Shown here in pieces: positions 39,478 to 54,395 of a stretch of 64,000 nucleotides of DNA (its first letter is position 1; the number at the start of each line of letters is the position of its first letter). This DNA comes from Octopus sinensis. Its lineage: Eukaryota. The stretch covers positions 29,884,001-29,948,000 of the forward strand of contig NC_043018.1 of assembly GCF_006345805.1 (NCBI RefSeq), written 5' to 3'. The notes under the pieces were generated by a model, which saw only the letters and a program-made list of their open reading frames with translations, was not told where the DNA came from and ran no database searches. The position numbers and the translations under genes were made by a program.

Positions 39478-40240
39478 CGGAGTGGGTGAAAAGTAAGTAG
39501 GCATTAAAATCGGTAATAAAATCCATAATCCTTTTACAAATTTATTGAAACAAATTATACATGTTCTTAATGACATTGGAAAATCAAAGAAAATCTTCAT
39601 ATTTCAATGTAAGCACTGGTGACGTCGACTAGTTTCCTCAAACGGTCAGGGATGGAATGAACAACGTTCCAAAGGACGTCGTCTGGGGTATCATTGAGGA
39701 CCTCCTGAATCCGTGCCCCAAGTCCTCCAGTGTGCGATGTTTTGTCATCCACACCTCTTTTGTCTAACCCCACACGTAAATATCACATGGAATTAGATCT
39801 GGACTTCTTGGAGCGCATTCATGAATCCACGTCGTCCCACCAGGTTTTAGCTGCTTCACGTCATGAGGTTTCCACACACGAAAATTCAATGTGTTATTAG
39901 TCTACGTTCACGAGTTGTTTGACGTGTTGATTTTTGCGGGCTGCCATTAAACATTTCCTGAACTGTTACCACATTCTCCGCTCATCGATTTATTGTTCGA
40001 CAGCCACTTCTTGCACAGTTCACAGAGCCCGTGGTCATCCGCTTTGCATGCAAATCTACGTCCGGAGACAATAAAAAGTTTTTTATTGTCACCGGACGTA
40101 ATGTTGCATGCTTATCTTTCCATGCACGCCACCATCACTGAACCAAAACGATGGAATTCCACATTTCATAGCGTACTGCTTTCTTAGCTCCCTCCTGAAC
40201 GGTCAAGCAACCGGACATCTGGAAAATAAGAAGTAAGACA
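39478..40240 (-). mobile_element. Internally deleted Tc1/mariner-superfamily element remnant
   Basis: Minus strand encodes SPQKSTRQ...RVWKP...APRSPDLIP.D...WG (PRSPDL catalytic-D motif). Terminal sequence CGGAGTGGGTGAAAAGTAAGTA follows TA at 39476. Confidence 0.7.
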
Positions 40241-40604
40241 ATACCAAAGTAAGAAACCACCATTAGTTTTGTCTGTTTAAGAAATTACTTCGTCATGACT
40301 TTAGTGATACTAAAAATTCTATTAGCAATTTCTAATGCCTATTTGCCTTCCATACCACCACTTAATAACCGATGTTGGTGTGTTTAGGTCCGCGTAAACA
40401 AGCAGTCGGGCAAATGAAACCGATAGAAGAAGTACCAGGCTTTGAAAAATAAGTAAAAGGTTCAATTCTCTCAACTAAACATTCTCCAAGTCAGTAGGTG
40501 CCCCACCATGACCGCAATCTAATGATTGCAACAAGTAAAAGACATAACACATGCATACATAGAGACACGCACACACACATATATAAGCATATACATATGT
40601 GCTC

Positions 40605-40868
40605 TCTTTTACTATCTTTTACTTGTTTCAGTCATTTGACTGCGGCCATGCTGGATCATAGTCTTCAATCGAGCAAGTCGACCCCAGGACTCATTCTTTG
40701 TAATCCTAGTACTTCTATCGGTCTCTTTTGCGGAACCGCTAAGTTACGGGGACGTAAACACACCAGAATTGGTTGTCAAGCGATGTTGCGTGGAGGACAA
40801 ACAGAGACACACAAGCATATACACACACACACATACATACATACATATATATATATATATATTATATA

Positions 40869-40907
<39 letters not shown>

Positions 40908-41060
40908 TACGACAAGCTTCTTTCAGTTTCTGTCTACCAAATCCACTCACAAGGCTTTAGTCGGCCCGAGGCTATAGTAGAAGACACTTGCCCGAGGTGC
41001 CATGCAGTGAGACTGAACCCGGAACCATGTGGTTGGTAAGCAAGCTACCTACCACACAGT
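40605..41060 (-). mobile_element. CORE-like SINE copy (other copies 44390-44775 +, 47820-48245 +, 53970-54550 -, partial 36755-36960, 38740-38990, 57870-57985)
   Basis: Alignable to 33021-33435, including the internal microsatellite. Confidence 0.8.
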
Positions 41061-41770
41061 GCGCGCACGCGTCTGCGTGTGATGTAGTTCTGAACGGAGG
41101 AGTACATTATCTAATACGTTCGTTTTAAGATGGCACCTTTTGATTTATGGTTTTGCAGCGTTCCTCCATAATACTTTCATTTATATTTTCAACATATTAA
41201 ATGAACAAACAAACAAACAAACAAGAAAAAAGAAGAATTAATAATAGAAAAGATTAAGAGATCAAAGCCAAAAAACAAAACATAAAAATACTAGCAATTT
41301 CCAAAAAAAAGAGCCATTAAACTGCCTGAGTTAAGCAGAAAAAAAAATAATGATATTTTGTTTGTTTTTGTGTTTGCTTTTGCTGTGATGGACGTTAAAA
41401 GAGGAGAATCTATAAATCTATGACTTTACAGTTTCATGGATAACGTTTGGCCTTCATCTTAGACGTTTTAAGTCTCATAAAATTACCATAAGAGTTCCCA
41501 ACGTGTATGTCAGATGACTCTCGTTCAAGCGATCAAAGTAGAATTTTATACTCAGAACTCATCAATTGATTGCTTCTCTGTCAATTTTTCTATTCTCTCT
41601 CTCTACCTCTACCCGTCTCCTCCCACACTCTCTCTCCTGCCTCTCTCTCTCTCCCTCTCTCTCTCTGTTTCCCTGTATATGCATCTCGCTCTCTTACCCT
41701 CTCTTTGTGTGTCTTTATATGTATCTGTCAGCCTGTCAGTCTGTCTTTCACATAATCTGCTCTAGCACAT

Positions 41771-41858
<88 letters not shown>

Positions 41859-41983
41859 TATATTTACATATATATATACATATATATATACATATATATA
41901 CATATATTATATATATTATACATATATATATATATATATACACAATATATATATAGACATACACTTATTATATTATATATATG

Positions 41984-42015
<32 letters not shown>

Positions 42016-42662
42016 TTGTTGTATTATATATACACACATGCGCACGCATATGTATCTATATGACTGCCAAAAAACGAAAGTACGTATAGGTGCGTGCTTA
42101 GATGTATAATACACAAACCCTATACGTGCAAGTGTATATAAATGTGTATGTATGTACTTATGCACGTATATATCCATGCTTGGTTGCATGCATGCATGTT
42201 TATATACGTATCTATGTATGTTTGTTTGAGTGAGTGCATGTATGTATGTATATATATATATATATATATACATAGAGAGAGAGGGAGAGGGTGAGGGACA
42301 GATTTAAGAGCTAAAACGCGTACACATGCACATACACACACACATTCTCTTACACCTCAACGCAAAAGATAACTAATACAATAACTAATACATCATATGA
42401 TAAATAAACACTCACACACGCATATATGTGTATACATGTTATAAGGTTGTGTTATAATATCTCATATACATTTATACACACACACACACACACATATACA
42501 CATACAGATTTGTATGTGTGCAAAGCGAGTTAAGTGCGAGTATAAATAATTATCCTTCCATATATAACTTTATGTCACTTGTAACCACATTTCTTGCCCA
42601 TAAAGAGACTCGACTCCCATATTAGAATCATACATACACACACACACAACACATACATGCAT

Positions 42663-42711
<49 letters not shown>

Positions 42712-42995
42712 TGAAACTTATGTATATATATGTATATATATGTATATCACGTGATCAAGTGACCGACCAGACCATCAGATGTTGCTACACATCGCTAGTC
42801 ACGATGCGTTCGCATTGTTTTAGCCTTCAAACGACGCCACCCCGCTGGCTAAGCCAGCAGGCCAACAGAAGAAAGAGTGAGAGAAAGAGTGGTGAAAGAG
42901 TACAGCAGGGATCATCACTCCCTGCCGGAGCCTCGTGGTGCTTCTAGGTGATTTCGCTCAATAAACACACACATATATATACATAGAGAGAGAGA

Positions 42996-43440
42996 GTGGC
43001 TGTCGAACAATAAATCGATGAGCGGAGAATGTGGTAACAGTTCAGGAAATGTTTAATGGCAGCCCGCAAAAATCAACACGTCAAACAATTCGTGAACGTA
43101 GACTAATAACACATACAATACGTACGGTGTTGCATAAAGAATTGAATTTTCGTGTGTGGAAACCTCATGACGTGAAGCAGCTAAAACCTGGTGGGACGAC
43201 GTGGATTCATGAATGCGCTCCAAGAAGTCCAGATCTAATTCCATGTGATCTTTACGCGTGGGGTTAGACAAATAGGTGTGGATGACAAAACATCGCATAC
43301 TGGAGGGCTTGGGGCACGGATTCAGGAGGTCCTCAATGATACCCCAGACGACGTCCTTTGGAACGTTTTTCATTCCATCCCTGACCGTTTGAGGAAACTA
43401 GTCGACGTCACCGGTGCTTACATTGAAATATGAAGATTTT
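42996..43440 (+). mobile_element. Fragment of the same Tc1/mariner deletion derivative, inverted relative to 39.5-40.2 kb
   Basis: ORF 43031..43267 ...APRSPDLIPCDLYAWG. Reverse complement of ~39590-40010 with the same internal deletion. Confidence 0.75.
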
Positions 43441-43507
43441 CCGACCGCGAGTCCACTGCCCTAACCACTGGGCCATTGCGCCTCCACATATGTATATATA
43501 TATATGC

Positions 43508-43597
<90 letters not shown>

Positions 43598-43671
43598 TAT
43601 ATATATATATACATACATATATATATATACATATATATACAGATATATACATATATATATATATATATATA

Positions 43672-43909
43672 TTATAAATGTGCCCTTTTAAAGCCTAACC
43701 AGGCCCATGGGCCCGGTTTCCCGGTTTCTATGGCGTATGTTTTCCCCAGTTGGGTGGGACACCAGTCCATCGCAGCGTTACTCATTTTTGCAAGCTGAGT
43801 GAAATGAAGTGTTTTGCTCAAAAACACAACGCGTCGCCCGGTCCAGGAATCGAAACCACAATCTTACGATCATGATGCTGACACCCTAACCACTAAACCA
43901 CGCGCCTCA
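43672..43909 (-). mobile_element. tRNA-derived SINE, third family, second copy
   Basis: Reverse complement of 28886-29140. Confidence 0.85.
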
Positions 43910-43926
43910 ACACACACACACACACT

Positions 43927-43958
<32 letters not shown>

Positions 43959-46456
43959 TGTATGTATGTATGTATGTATACATTCACAAGCATCGAAACT
44001 TATATTGAAGGATACGCTGAATATTGCACAATGCTATACACTGGGAAGGCGGCGAGTTGGCGGAAGCATTAGCACGCTAGGTGAAATGTTTGGCAGTATT
44101 TCGTCCAATTTTCACGCTCTGGGTTCGTAATCCAGCGAGGCCAGTAATGTCCTTCATCCTTCCGGTGTCGATAAAATAAGTGCCAATTGAGCACTCGAGT
44201 TGATGTAAGCGACTTAACTCTTCCACCGAAATTCCTGGCCTTGTGCCACAATATAAAACCAATATAACACCTTGTTGTTACATATTAATACATGACAGCA
44301 GGTTCTGTTTTTTTAAAGTCATCTTTTCTGTTTTTGTTGTTTTTTTTATATTTTAACTTAGCGGAGACTGGTAGCTAAATTCGAATTAATTAGTGGTAAG
44401 AAGTTTGCTTCCCAACCACGTGGTTCTGGGTTCAGTCCCGCTGCATGGTACGTTGGACAAGTGTCTTCTACTATAGCCTCGGGCCGACCAAAGCTTTGTG
44501 AGTAGATTTGGTAGACGGAAACTGAAGGAAGCCCATCGTATATATGTGTGTGTGTGTGTATTTATGTGTGTGAGTTTTTCGCCCCTCTCACATCAATTAA
44601 CAACCGATGTTGGCGTGTTTACGTCCTCGTGACATAGCGGTTCGGCAGAAGAAACGAATAGAATAAGTACCAGCCTTACAAAGAACAAGTCCAGGGGATC
44701 GATTTCTTGACTAAAAGGCGGTGCTCCAGCATGACCACAGTCAAATGACTGAAGCAAGTTAAAGAGTAAAAGAATATGTATGTATATATATATAAGTATT
44801 TATATGTCTGTGTGTGCGGTGTGCGTATATGTGTGTGCGCGCGCGTATGCGTGTATGCAAGTTGATGGTGCAATAAAATAACTTAAAGGGTTCCATAAAA
44901 TTCTATGTGGAATAGTGTAATCCGTATATTTGTTTTGTGAGATAAAAACAGATTGTCATCACAAACCAAGGTGTTGCTGCTGCAGGTGAGGCACACCTCA
45001 ACAGAGTTTGAAACTAATTAACGAGTTCAGTCGGTGTATGAATGTAGAAACTCTGAAATTTTGGAAGAAAAATTGAAGCATTTGTCAGGAAGTTGAAACT
45101 GATTTTTGTATTAAAGATTGATGAAGAAGAATGATATGAAGATGAATGATATGAAGTTTCTCTGAGTAACAAAGGCTGCATGACATTGATTCGTTCAAAA
45201 ATAGTTGTACACAATCTAATATTACCACTTAGGACCTATTACTTTCGTTTTTGGCTCTTGCTTTCTGGCCCTTGAAAGTGCTGTACTTCCCCGGTGGTAA
45301 TCTGGAAATGCAGTTCTTTGCAGCCAGATGACACTAAACGGTTTACCAGAAGCCCTACGTAGCTTCATGAAGTCCTACGTAGCTTTCTCTAGACATTTGC
45401 CGTTTATGATGCTAACACTGAATTTCAGGTTACTTTGCTCTATATTTGATAGCGAGATTTTTGCAGCGTGACTCTTTAGAATATTAGGCATGTTTTTTTT
45501 TAACAGTTGTAGATAAGTTGGATCATTTCAATTACTAAACTCTTTGTATAAGTTATAGCTGTTCAGGAAATGTTTTCAAAACAGAGAGAAGTATTTTGCA
45601 TCTTCGGATATTACGAATATTGTTTGAAGACGTATAGAATACACGATTTCATTTCCTAGTAGTTTGAGGGCTGTTATTAGTGAGTAAATTATTTCTTCGT
45701 ACAATCTACGTTTATGCAGACGACATATAACACGGCTTAAAATGGAGAAATGATTAACGATGTTAGTAAAGAAAATCAAAAGTAAAATATGGTTGATGTT
45801 TAACTCCAGAGCAAGTCTAGTAGCAGCGTTTCAACTATGACGCCCCTATCATTTTGTGAGCTTTTCAGATACGATGTATTTGGGTGGGGGGCATCCTCAT
45901 TCAGTTTGTGGTTTCTAAAGACTCTAGACCGTGGTTTGGAAAATATTTAGCTGCTATCTCTATCGGATTTTGCCACTACGTTATGGAGGAACTCCGATTG
46001 CAGAAATAGGTAAATAGCCCTATTTACATAACTACTACATGGTTTACATGTTTATACCATACTGTGACGGTGGGCGGATTGAGATACCGCAGACAGGGCT
46101 CTCATATTTTAAAAAATGTTAAAAACTTACTGTATGTAAATTAGTTGTTCAAATTCGTAGAATATATAAACAGATTGGCTGTGCTTGCATCTGTTGGATT
46201 GGTCAAATTGAAGTAGACACCTCCGATGAGATATCAATAAGGTCCCAAAATCGCCTAAGGTTGTTCGTAATTTTTTCAGTCTATGGAGACAGAGGTAAGT
46301 CTGCCCTGCTTATATAGCTTTTACGTGGGTTATATACATATATTATATATATTATATATATATTATATATATATTATATATATATAATATATATATAATA
46401 TAAAAATGAAAAAACAGTCAAAATAGAAAATGCTAAGATAATTTTATAGTGAATCT

Positions 46457-46499
46457 TTCAGTACCGGTTTCGGTCATTTTGAGACCTTTTCAACTGTAA
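46457..46499 (-). ncRNA. Type I hammerhead ribozyme (family A), second copy
   Basis: Same motif as 2325-2367, within a repeated ~350-bp element. Confidence 0.75.
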
Positions 46500-47269
46500 T
46501 GATTAAATAATTAAATTTAGAAAAATTAGAAGAAAAGTTTTTTTAAAAGAATATTTCTGTAGTAGTGTTCAGATATAAGTAGCATTCTGCCTTTCTCTGA
46601 CTCCCTTGTTTGCACTTGTGTTCGAGGTCGTTTTGAGTTCTTGGTAGGATAGGTGAAGAATAAGGAGACTGATGTGGAGAGGAGGTGGGGAAATCTGGGA
46701 ATGCCTTAATGGTCGTATTTTGAATGGTCAGTGGCTGACAGTAGTCGCAGTTCAATTCAGGAATCGTTTATGGAATTTGCGTAGGCGTTATACTGAAAGA
46801 CATTAGTGACAAGGTTAAGGGGTGGAAGGTGGAGAAGTAGAAGAAGAAGAAGATGACGATGTTGATGATGATGATGATGATGATGATGAAGAAGAAGAAG
46901 AAGAAGAAGAAGAAGAAGAAGAAGGAGAAGGAGAAGATGGTGGTGATGATGGTGGTGATGATGATGATGACGACGATGATGATGATAATGATGATGATGA
47001 AGAAGAAGAGGAAGAAGAAGAAGAAAAAAACAGAGAAGGGAGAATATGAATGGGTGAAAGTATAGCTGTGATGGGGCTGATTAGTAATGGATTCTATGGA
47101 GTGTAATATTGTGTGTGTGTATATATTTCTTTATTCTAAAGTTGAGGTATATTAATTGTTTGTCGTAACCCGTTAAGAAGTGGCTTGTATTTTGTAATAA
47201 AGAGATTTTCTTTACTTATTCGTTGTCTCGAGGTTGTATCGTCCCTAAATTGGTAGAGGGGGAAAATCT

Positions 47270-47482
47270 ACCCTTAACGTAGTTCTCAGGGAGTTTCAGC
47301 GTGACACAGTGTGTGTCAAGGCTGGCCCTTTGAAATACAGATACTACTCATTTTTGCCAGCTGATTGGACTGCAGCAACGCGAAATAAAGTGTCTTGCTC
47401 AGGGACACAACGCGCAGCCAGAAATCGAATTTGCGACCTTACAAACACCAGCTGAATATACTAACCATTAAGCCATGTGCCT
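47270..47482 (-). mobile_element. Degenerate tRNA-derived SINE
   Basis: Minus-strand head GAAGGCACATGGCTTAATGGTTAG...TTCGATTTCTGG; shares CAAGACAC/CATTTTTGCCAGCTGA segment with the third family. Confidence 0.6.
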
Positions 47483-48625
47483 TCAAGCAAACACACCCAC
47501 ACACACGTGTGTGTGTAGATGTTGGGGAGGAATATGGATAAGAGGTTGAAAATCCTCAGTGTTATTGAAAGTTCCTAGCTTGGAAAAAAAAGATAAGAGG
47601 TTTAGTGCCTCATTTTGTTATTGAATTGTGAACAATGTAAGAGGTTTGTTACCTCATGAATAATATAAGAGATCAATGTTCTCGGAAAAAACAATCGGCG
47701 GGCGTCGCTCCCCCCCCATTATTCATCATTTTCATTTTTCATTTCATATAACATTATGTCTGTGTCCAACCCCTAGGTTCCTATCTCTATGTAAGGTCTT
47801 TATGGCCAATATAATGAATTAAAGAAGCTTGCTTCAAACACATGGCCCCGGGTTCAGTCCCATTCCCTAGCAACTTGGGCAAGTGTATACTACTGCGTCA
47901 GGCTGATTTGGTAGACGGAAACTGAAAGAAGCTCTTTTTATATATACACACATATATGTATGTATATATCATATATGTGTGTGTGTACGTGTGTGTGTGT
48001 GTGTGTATATTTGTGTGTTTTTGTCTGGGTGACTGTGTTTGTCCATCCAGCATCGCTTGACACCGATGGCGGTGTGTGATATCTCTGTAACCTGGCGGTT
48101 AGGTAAATGAATCCGATAGAATAAGTACTCAGCTTTCAAAGAATAATTCCTGGTGTTCATTTCTTCAAGTAAAACCACCTTCACGACGGTGCTCCAGCAT
48201 GGCCGCCGTCATACGACTGAAACATGCGAAAGAAAAGAATAAAAGAATATAGATACATGTATGTGTGAGTGAGTGTATGCATGTGGTTGTGTGTGTGTGT
48301 GTGTGTGCGTGTGTGTGTGTGTGTATGCGTGTGTCGCATAAAGATGTGAGCAGAGTAAAGAAAATATTATTAGCAACGTTTGAAATGACTGGTATAAATC
48401 TAAATACAATGACGTCGCCTCCCTGCAGTTCTGACCATTGTACTATCGTAATAGACAATAATAATATTCATCTCACCATGTTAGAAGGTATTTTCCCACT
48501 ACCACCGTAACCACCACCTTTATCTACAAATGTGTAATAATATATTTTCGTATTCCTATTTTTTCCAGCTGTGTTTTTATTACGCCAAATACTTTGTGTG
48601 ATATATTCTTATTCTATTAGGATTT

Positions 48626-48657
<32 letters not shown>

Positions 48658-48924
48658 ATTGTATGTATGTATGTGTGTGTGTATGTGAGTATATATATAT
48701 GTGTGTTTGTCTATAAATATATATACATACATACATAGGTATATATGTATATATGTATATATATGTATACACGTGTATATGTATATGTAAATATATATAG
48801 TTATATAGCACTCGTATGTGCGTTTTCCAATTTTTAAATTATGAATTTCTTTCTCTTATCCATTTTAGTAAAACTGAACAAAACGTAATTGCTTCTCTTG
48901 GAAAACAACAACTGTAATATCCAT

Positions 48925-48926
48925 AC

Positions 48927-48974
<48 letters not shown>

Positions 48975-49280
48975 GAGTAGGAGTAGGAGTAGCAGTAGTA
49001 GTAGTAGTAGTAGTAGTAGTAGTTGTTGTTGTTGTCGGTTGTGGTGGTGGTATCGTGGTGGTGCTGGTGTTGTAAAAATATTAGCAATATAAAATAGTAT
49101 TTTCAATAATAGTTAGCAAAAATAACAATGATATATTATTAATAACATTGAATAATATGAAAAATACGAATACTAATTGCAAGGCAAATTAATCGTTTTC
49201 AAAATATTTTTCAGTCATGCAATAATAATGATAATGATAATAGTAATAATAATAATAACAATAATAATAATAATAATAAC

Positions 49281-49321
<41 letters not shown>

Positions 49322-49366
49322 TAATAATAATAATAATAATGATAATAATAATAATAATATATTGTA

Positions 49367-49427
<61 letters not shown>

Positions 49428-49437
49428 TGATGATGAT

Positions 49438-49480
<43 letters not shown>

Positions 49481-49586
49481 GTGATGATGTTAATAATAAT
49501 ATAATAATAATAATAATAATGATGATGATGATGATGTTAATAATAATAATAATGATGATGATGTTAATAATAATAATAATAATAAC

Positions 49587-49645
<59 letters not shown>

Positions 49646-49686
49646 TGATGATGATGTTAATAATAATAATAATAATAATAATAATG

Positions 49687-49737
<51 letters not shown>

Positions 49738-50318
49738 GCAGCAACAACAACAAATAATTAAATGAACGAAAAATACATTAAAAAGCAAGTAAGTTAGAGA
49801 AGACAAAAATCAGGAATGATTTCTTTTCCCTTAATAACAACGAGGAGGCGAAGGCGACGGCGACGGTGATGATGATGATGATGATGACGATGAGGATGAC
49901 GATGACAACGATGACGATGACGATGATGATGATGATGATGATGATGATGACGATGACGGTGACGATGACGATGATGATGATGATGAGATGATGAGATGAC
50001 GACGACGAGGAGGAATTGTAGGAGGAGGGGAGAAGGAGGAGTGGGAGGTAGAAGAGGAAGAAGAAAATAAATAAAAATTATAGAAATGCGTGTGTGTCTT
50101 TGTGTGTGAACGCGCGCGCGCTTTGTTTGTGTGTGTGTGTGTGTGTGGCGGGGCACGAAAAGATTAGGGTGAGGATCGATATTTGTTACAAAATAGAAAA
50201 CACTGGCTACTTAAACTGTTGAAAAAAGCCGCAATAATACAAATACCAAAAATATTAATAGCCGTCATAATATCAATAATGATAATAATAATAATAATGA
50301 TGATGATGATGGTGGTGG

Positions 50319-50361
<43 letters not shown>

Positions 50362-51014
50362 CATAACAACGTCTAATAACGATGACCGTGCTGTCAGAAA
50401 AAAATAAGAAAAACCACAACGAAGAAGAAATATAACAAAAAAAAAATCGTAGAAGTCCAGTTATATGAAAACATGAATTCGATTTCCATGAATACGAATT
50501 TATATGAAAAGTAATAATATTTATAATGAAAACATTAAAGATACAACAACGCCATCTAGATTTTTTTTTAAAAAAGGACAACATGAGTTATAGTGTCTTT
50601 GGCAACAGCAGCAACTGCAAGAAGATTGAAATTGCAGAAACATCATCTGTAGGGAACGGTAGGCACAGACAGAAGTGGTAAATGCTTGGGTGGGATGGGG
50701 ATGTGGAAGAGGAGAACAATAACGAGAAGAAGAAGAATAGGAAGCGCATTAAGAATAAGNNNNNNNNNNNNNNNNNNNNNNNNNNNNNNNNNNNNNNNNN
50801 NNNNNNNNNNNNNNNNNNNNNNNNNNNNNNNNNNNNNNNNNNNNNNNNNNNNNNNNNNNACACACACACGCACACACACATAGACAGATATACATATATT
50901 TATATATATATATATATATATACATACATACATACATACAGAGAATTCACAAAAAACAAAATACGAAGACAGGTGGTGTAGACGACAAATAGATGTATTA
51001 GTATATATATATTA

Positions 51015-51045
<31 letters not shown>

Positions 51046-51650
51046 CGACGGGCTTCTTTCAGTTTCCGTCTTCCAAATCCACTAAAAAAAATTTTGTTGC
51101 CCAACGTACCACATACTGGGACCGAACTCGAAACCGTGTAATTGGGATAATCAGTTATCTCTATGGTATATTACAAGTTTTATTTGTTGTTGTTGTTGTT
51201 GCTATTATTGTTGTTAATATTGTTGCTGTTATTTTTGCTGTTGTCTTAACTCTGTTAACGGTTGTTTTAATAATTATTTTGTTCTATCTTGATAATTTTA
51301 ATCGATAATATTATCATCCTCATTAACATCACAACAACCACCACCATCATCGTTATCATTATCACAATCAGCTTCAAAATTACCATCATCATTATCGGCA
51401 TCTTCATGATCATTATCATCATCATCATCATCATCAAAATCATCATCATTATCACCATCATCATCAAAATCATCACCATCATTATCACCATCACCATTAT
51501 ATAACATCCTCATTATCATCACCATTATCATCAGCAACATTACCATCCACATCATCTTCATAATCATCATAATCATCACCACCGTCACTTTCACCACCAC
51601 CACCATCATACCCACCACCACCACCAGTATCATAACCATCATCATTTAGA
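48925..51650. repeat. Cluster of long trinucleotide arrays: (TAG)n, (AAT)n ~49220-49760, (GAT)n, (CAT)n
   Basis: Direct reading; other trinucleotide blocks at 19290-19480 and 46822-47035. Confidence 0.95.
50760..50859. other. Assembly gap (100 N)
   Basis: Run of exactly 100 N, a typical placeholder length. Confidence 0.99.
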
Positions 51651-52217
51651 ATTGTTATTAATATAGCTGTACTCAGACTTGACTACAACAGCAGTGCAAT
51701 AGCGATAAACATACAAATATATGTTTCACGAATTCGCACACCTCCCACACACACAAACATAGACACGCACAAACACACACACACACATACACAAACATAC
51801 ATGTATACATACATACACTCGCTCACAATGGCGCACAAACAAACACACTCGAAGTAAACAACCAAAAGCCTATACGAAGCCACAACGGCAACAAACAATG
51901 GCTCGAATTATTTCTTCGTTTTATATGAGACGGTGGAACGTGAATAGGTGTTTACGAATTAATATTCATATATACATACATACATACATACATAAAACCA
52001 TATATATATATATATGCATTTATATATGGGTATATATGTGCATATATATATATATATATCTTATATATATATTATATATATTAATATATACACAAACCAT
52101 ATATATATATATACTCACCCATATATAATATATATACACACACATATTATCTGCATAAATATATGGCATGACTATATATGTTATATATACATACATTTAT
52201 ATGTATATATATTATGC

Positions 52218-52248
<31 letters not shown>

Positions 52249-52406
52249 TATATTATATATATACTTATATATACATGTATATATATACGTATATTTAGAT
52301 ATATGCATTACACATATACACGTTTCTATATACAGATATATACATACATATATATGTATATATTTATATGTATTTTTATATATGTATGTATATGTATGTA
52401 AGTATG

Positions 52407-52453
<47 letters not shown>

Positions 52454-52615
52454 GCATATGCGTGTGTGTATACACGTACGAATTTTTTTCACAAACACAC
52501 ATATCTATCACACATTTATATCGCTTCCTCTATACCCATATACACACAATTATCTTTCTTTTACTCTACCGAAAAAACTTCTGGATTTCTTATATATATG
52601 AGCTATACCCTCTAA

Positions 52616-52660
<45 letters not shown>

Positions 52661-52720
52661 TATATATACATACATATTTATTCACAGATACAAGCTTACA
52701 CACATATACACAGACACAAA

Positions 52721-52762
<42 letters not shown>

Positions 52763-54350
52763 GATTCCTATATTATTTCCTGTAAATGGTTTGTATGAAG
52801 CCAAGATGAGTTCATAAATGTCTTTGACTTCTACCATTTAACCTAGCTAACTCCAGCAGACATCTTGTCTCGTTGATCAAGACACCAATAATATATGTTA
52901 TTCAGTAAATGCTTCAACGAAACACATTTCGTTGGAAGATATTTACGTTGAGTTTGTTTTCGCAGCTTCTTATCCTTGTTTTCCTGGCTTCTAATCGTTG
53001 TTTTCAGTTTTATGATATATTGTTAGATGACTTTGATATTTATTATATGTGTTGTGCGAAGGTGCGCAGTCGAGTGTCTGCGGTGTTGTACAAACGATCG
53101 CAAGATCGTGGTTCGATCACCAGACTGATGATGCGTTGTGTTCTGCAGCACATTCACATTTCATTCACGTTGTCTCCATCATGGGTAGGCAAGGCTTCAA
53201 CACAATGACATCCTGCTCTGAAGGAATGTTGGTCCGCCCGCCTAACCAAATGCGATGGCATCAGTTCAAGTCAACTATGTAAAGAAGCGCAATGTCAACA
53301 GCGGTGTATAACCACATCCACATAATTAGTATGCGTAAAAAAAAATATCATTTAATAATTAAGTGTACTATCAAGCAGTACCAGCATGCAAAATAAAGCA
53401 ATCAAAATGACCAAACCACAAATTTTCACTTAGACACAAAGGCCAAAGCAGGCAAATGAATAAAAATCCTAAAACCCCGTACAAGAGACGAAATAATCGG
53501 AAATTGAAAATGCCATGCATAAATTTGCTGCGGCGTTAAAAACGGCCATCGTACACAATGGTGAAATGGATACCCTCAATAATCGAGGGGTTAGTAAGAC
53601 TCGCTGAAGATGAGCTAGGAGGGGTTTTTTCTCAAACTTCGTAATCACAGTGATACGGTATGTCTGGCTTTTTCAATTTTCGATTATTTTCGTCATTGTT
53701 ACAGGGTTTCAGTCCATCGCAGCCTTACACAAGAAACAGAAAGAAAGAGTGGGAGAAAGTTGAGGCGAAAGAGTACAACAGGGGTTGCCACCACCCCTTT
53801 CTGGAACCTCGTGAAGCTTTTAAGTGTTTTTGCTCAATAAACACAAACAACGCCCGGTCTGGTAATCGAAAGCGTGATCCTCCGACGGCGAGTCCGCCGC
53901 CCTAACCACTGGGCTATTGCGCCTCCACACACACACACACACATATACATGTATATACATGTGTGTGTGTCTATCTTTTATCTTTTGTCTTTTACTTGTT
54001 TCAGTAATATATCTACTGCCATGCTGGGGCAACGCCCTAAAATGTTTTAGTAGAAAGGTTTTAGTTGACCTCACCACTTATTTTCTTTTAAGGCATAGGC
54101 TTTATTCTATCGGTGACTTTTACCGAACCGCTAACTTAGGGGGACGTAAATTCATCAACACAGATTCTCAAGCGGTGGAAGAAAAGAAATACAGATACAC
54201 ACACACACACATATATATATATAAGTGTGTGTGTACTTATATATATATATACATATATATATACATATATATATATGCATACATATATATACACACATAT
54301 ATATATGCATACATATATATACACATACATACATATATACACACACAACA

Positions 54351-54395
<45 letters not shown>

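Noticed and set aside
49177-49761. 194-aa poly-Ile/Asn ORF
   Set aside because: Pure (AAT)n/(GAT)n array close to an assembly gap; length itself may be unreliable.
53487-53695. CTGAAGATGAG between inverted repeats, a possible hammerhead
   Set aside because: No GAAA after stem II and no complementary stem I; only the flanking inverted repeat is real.
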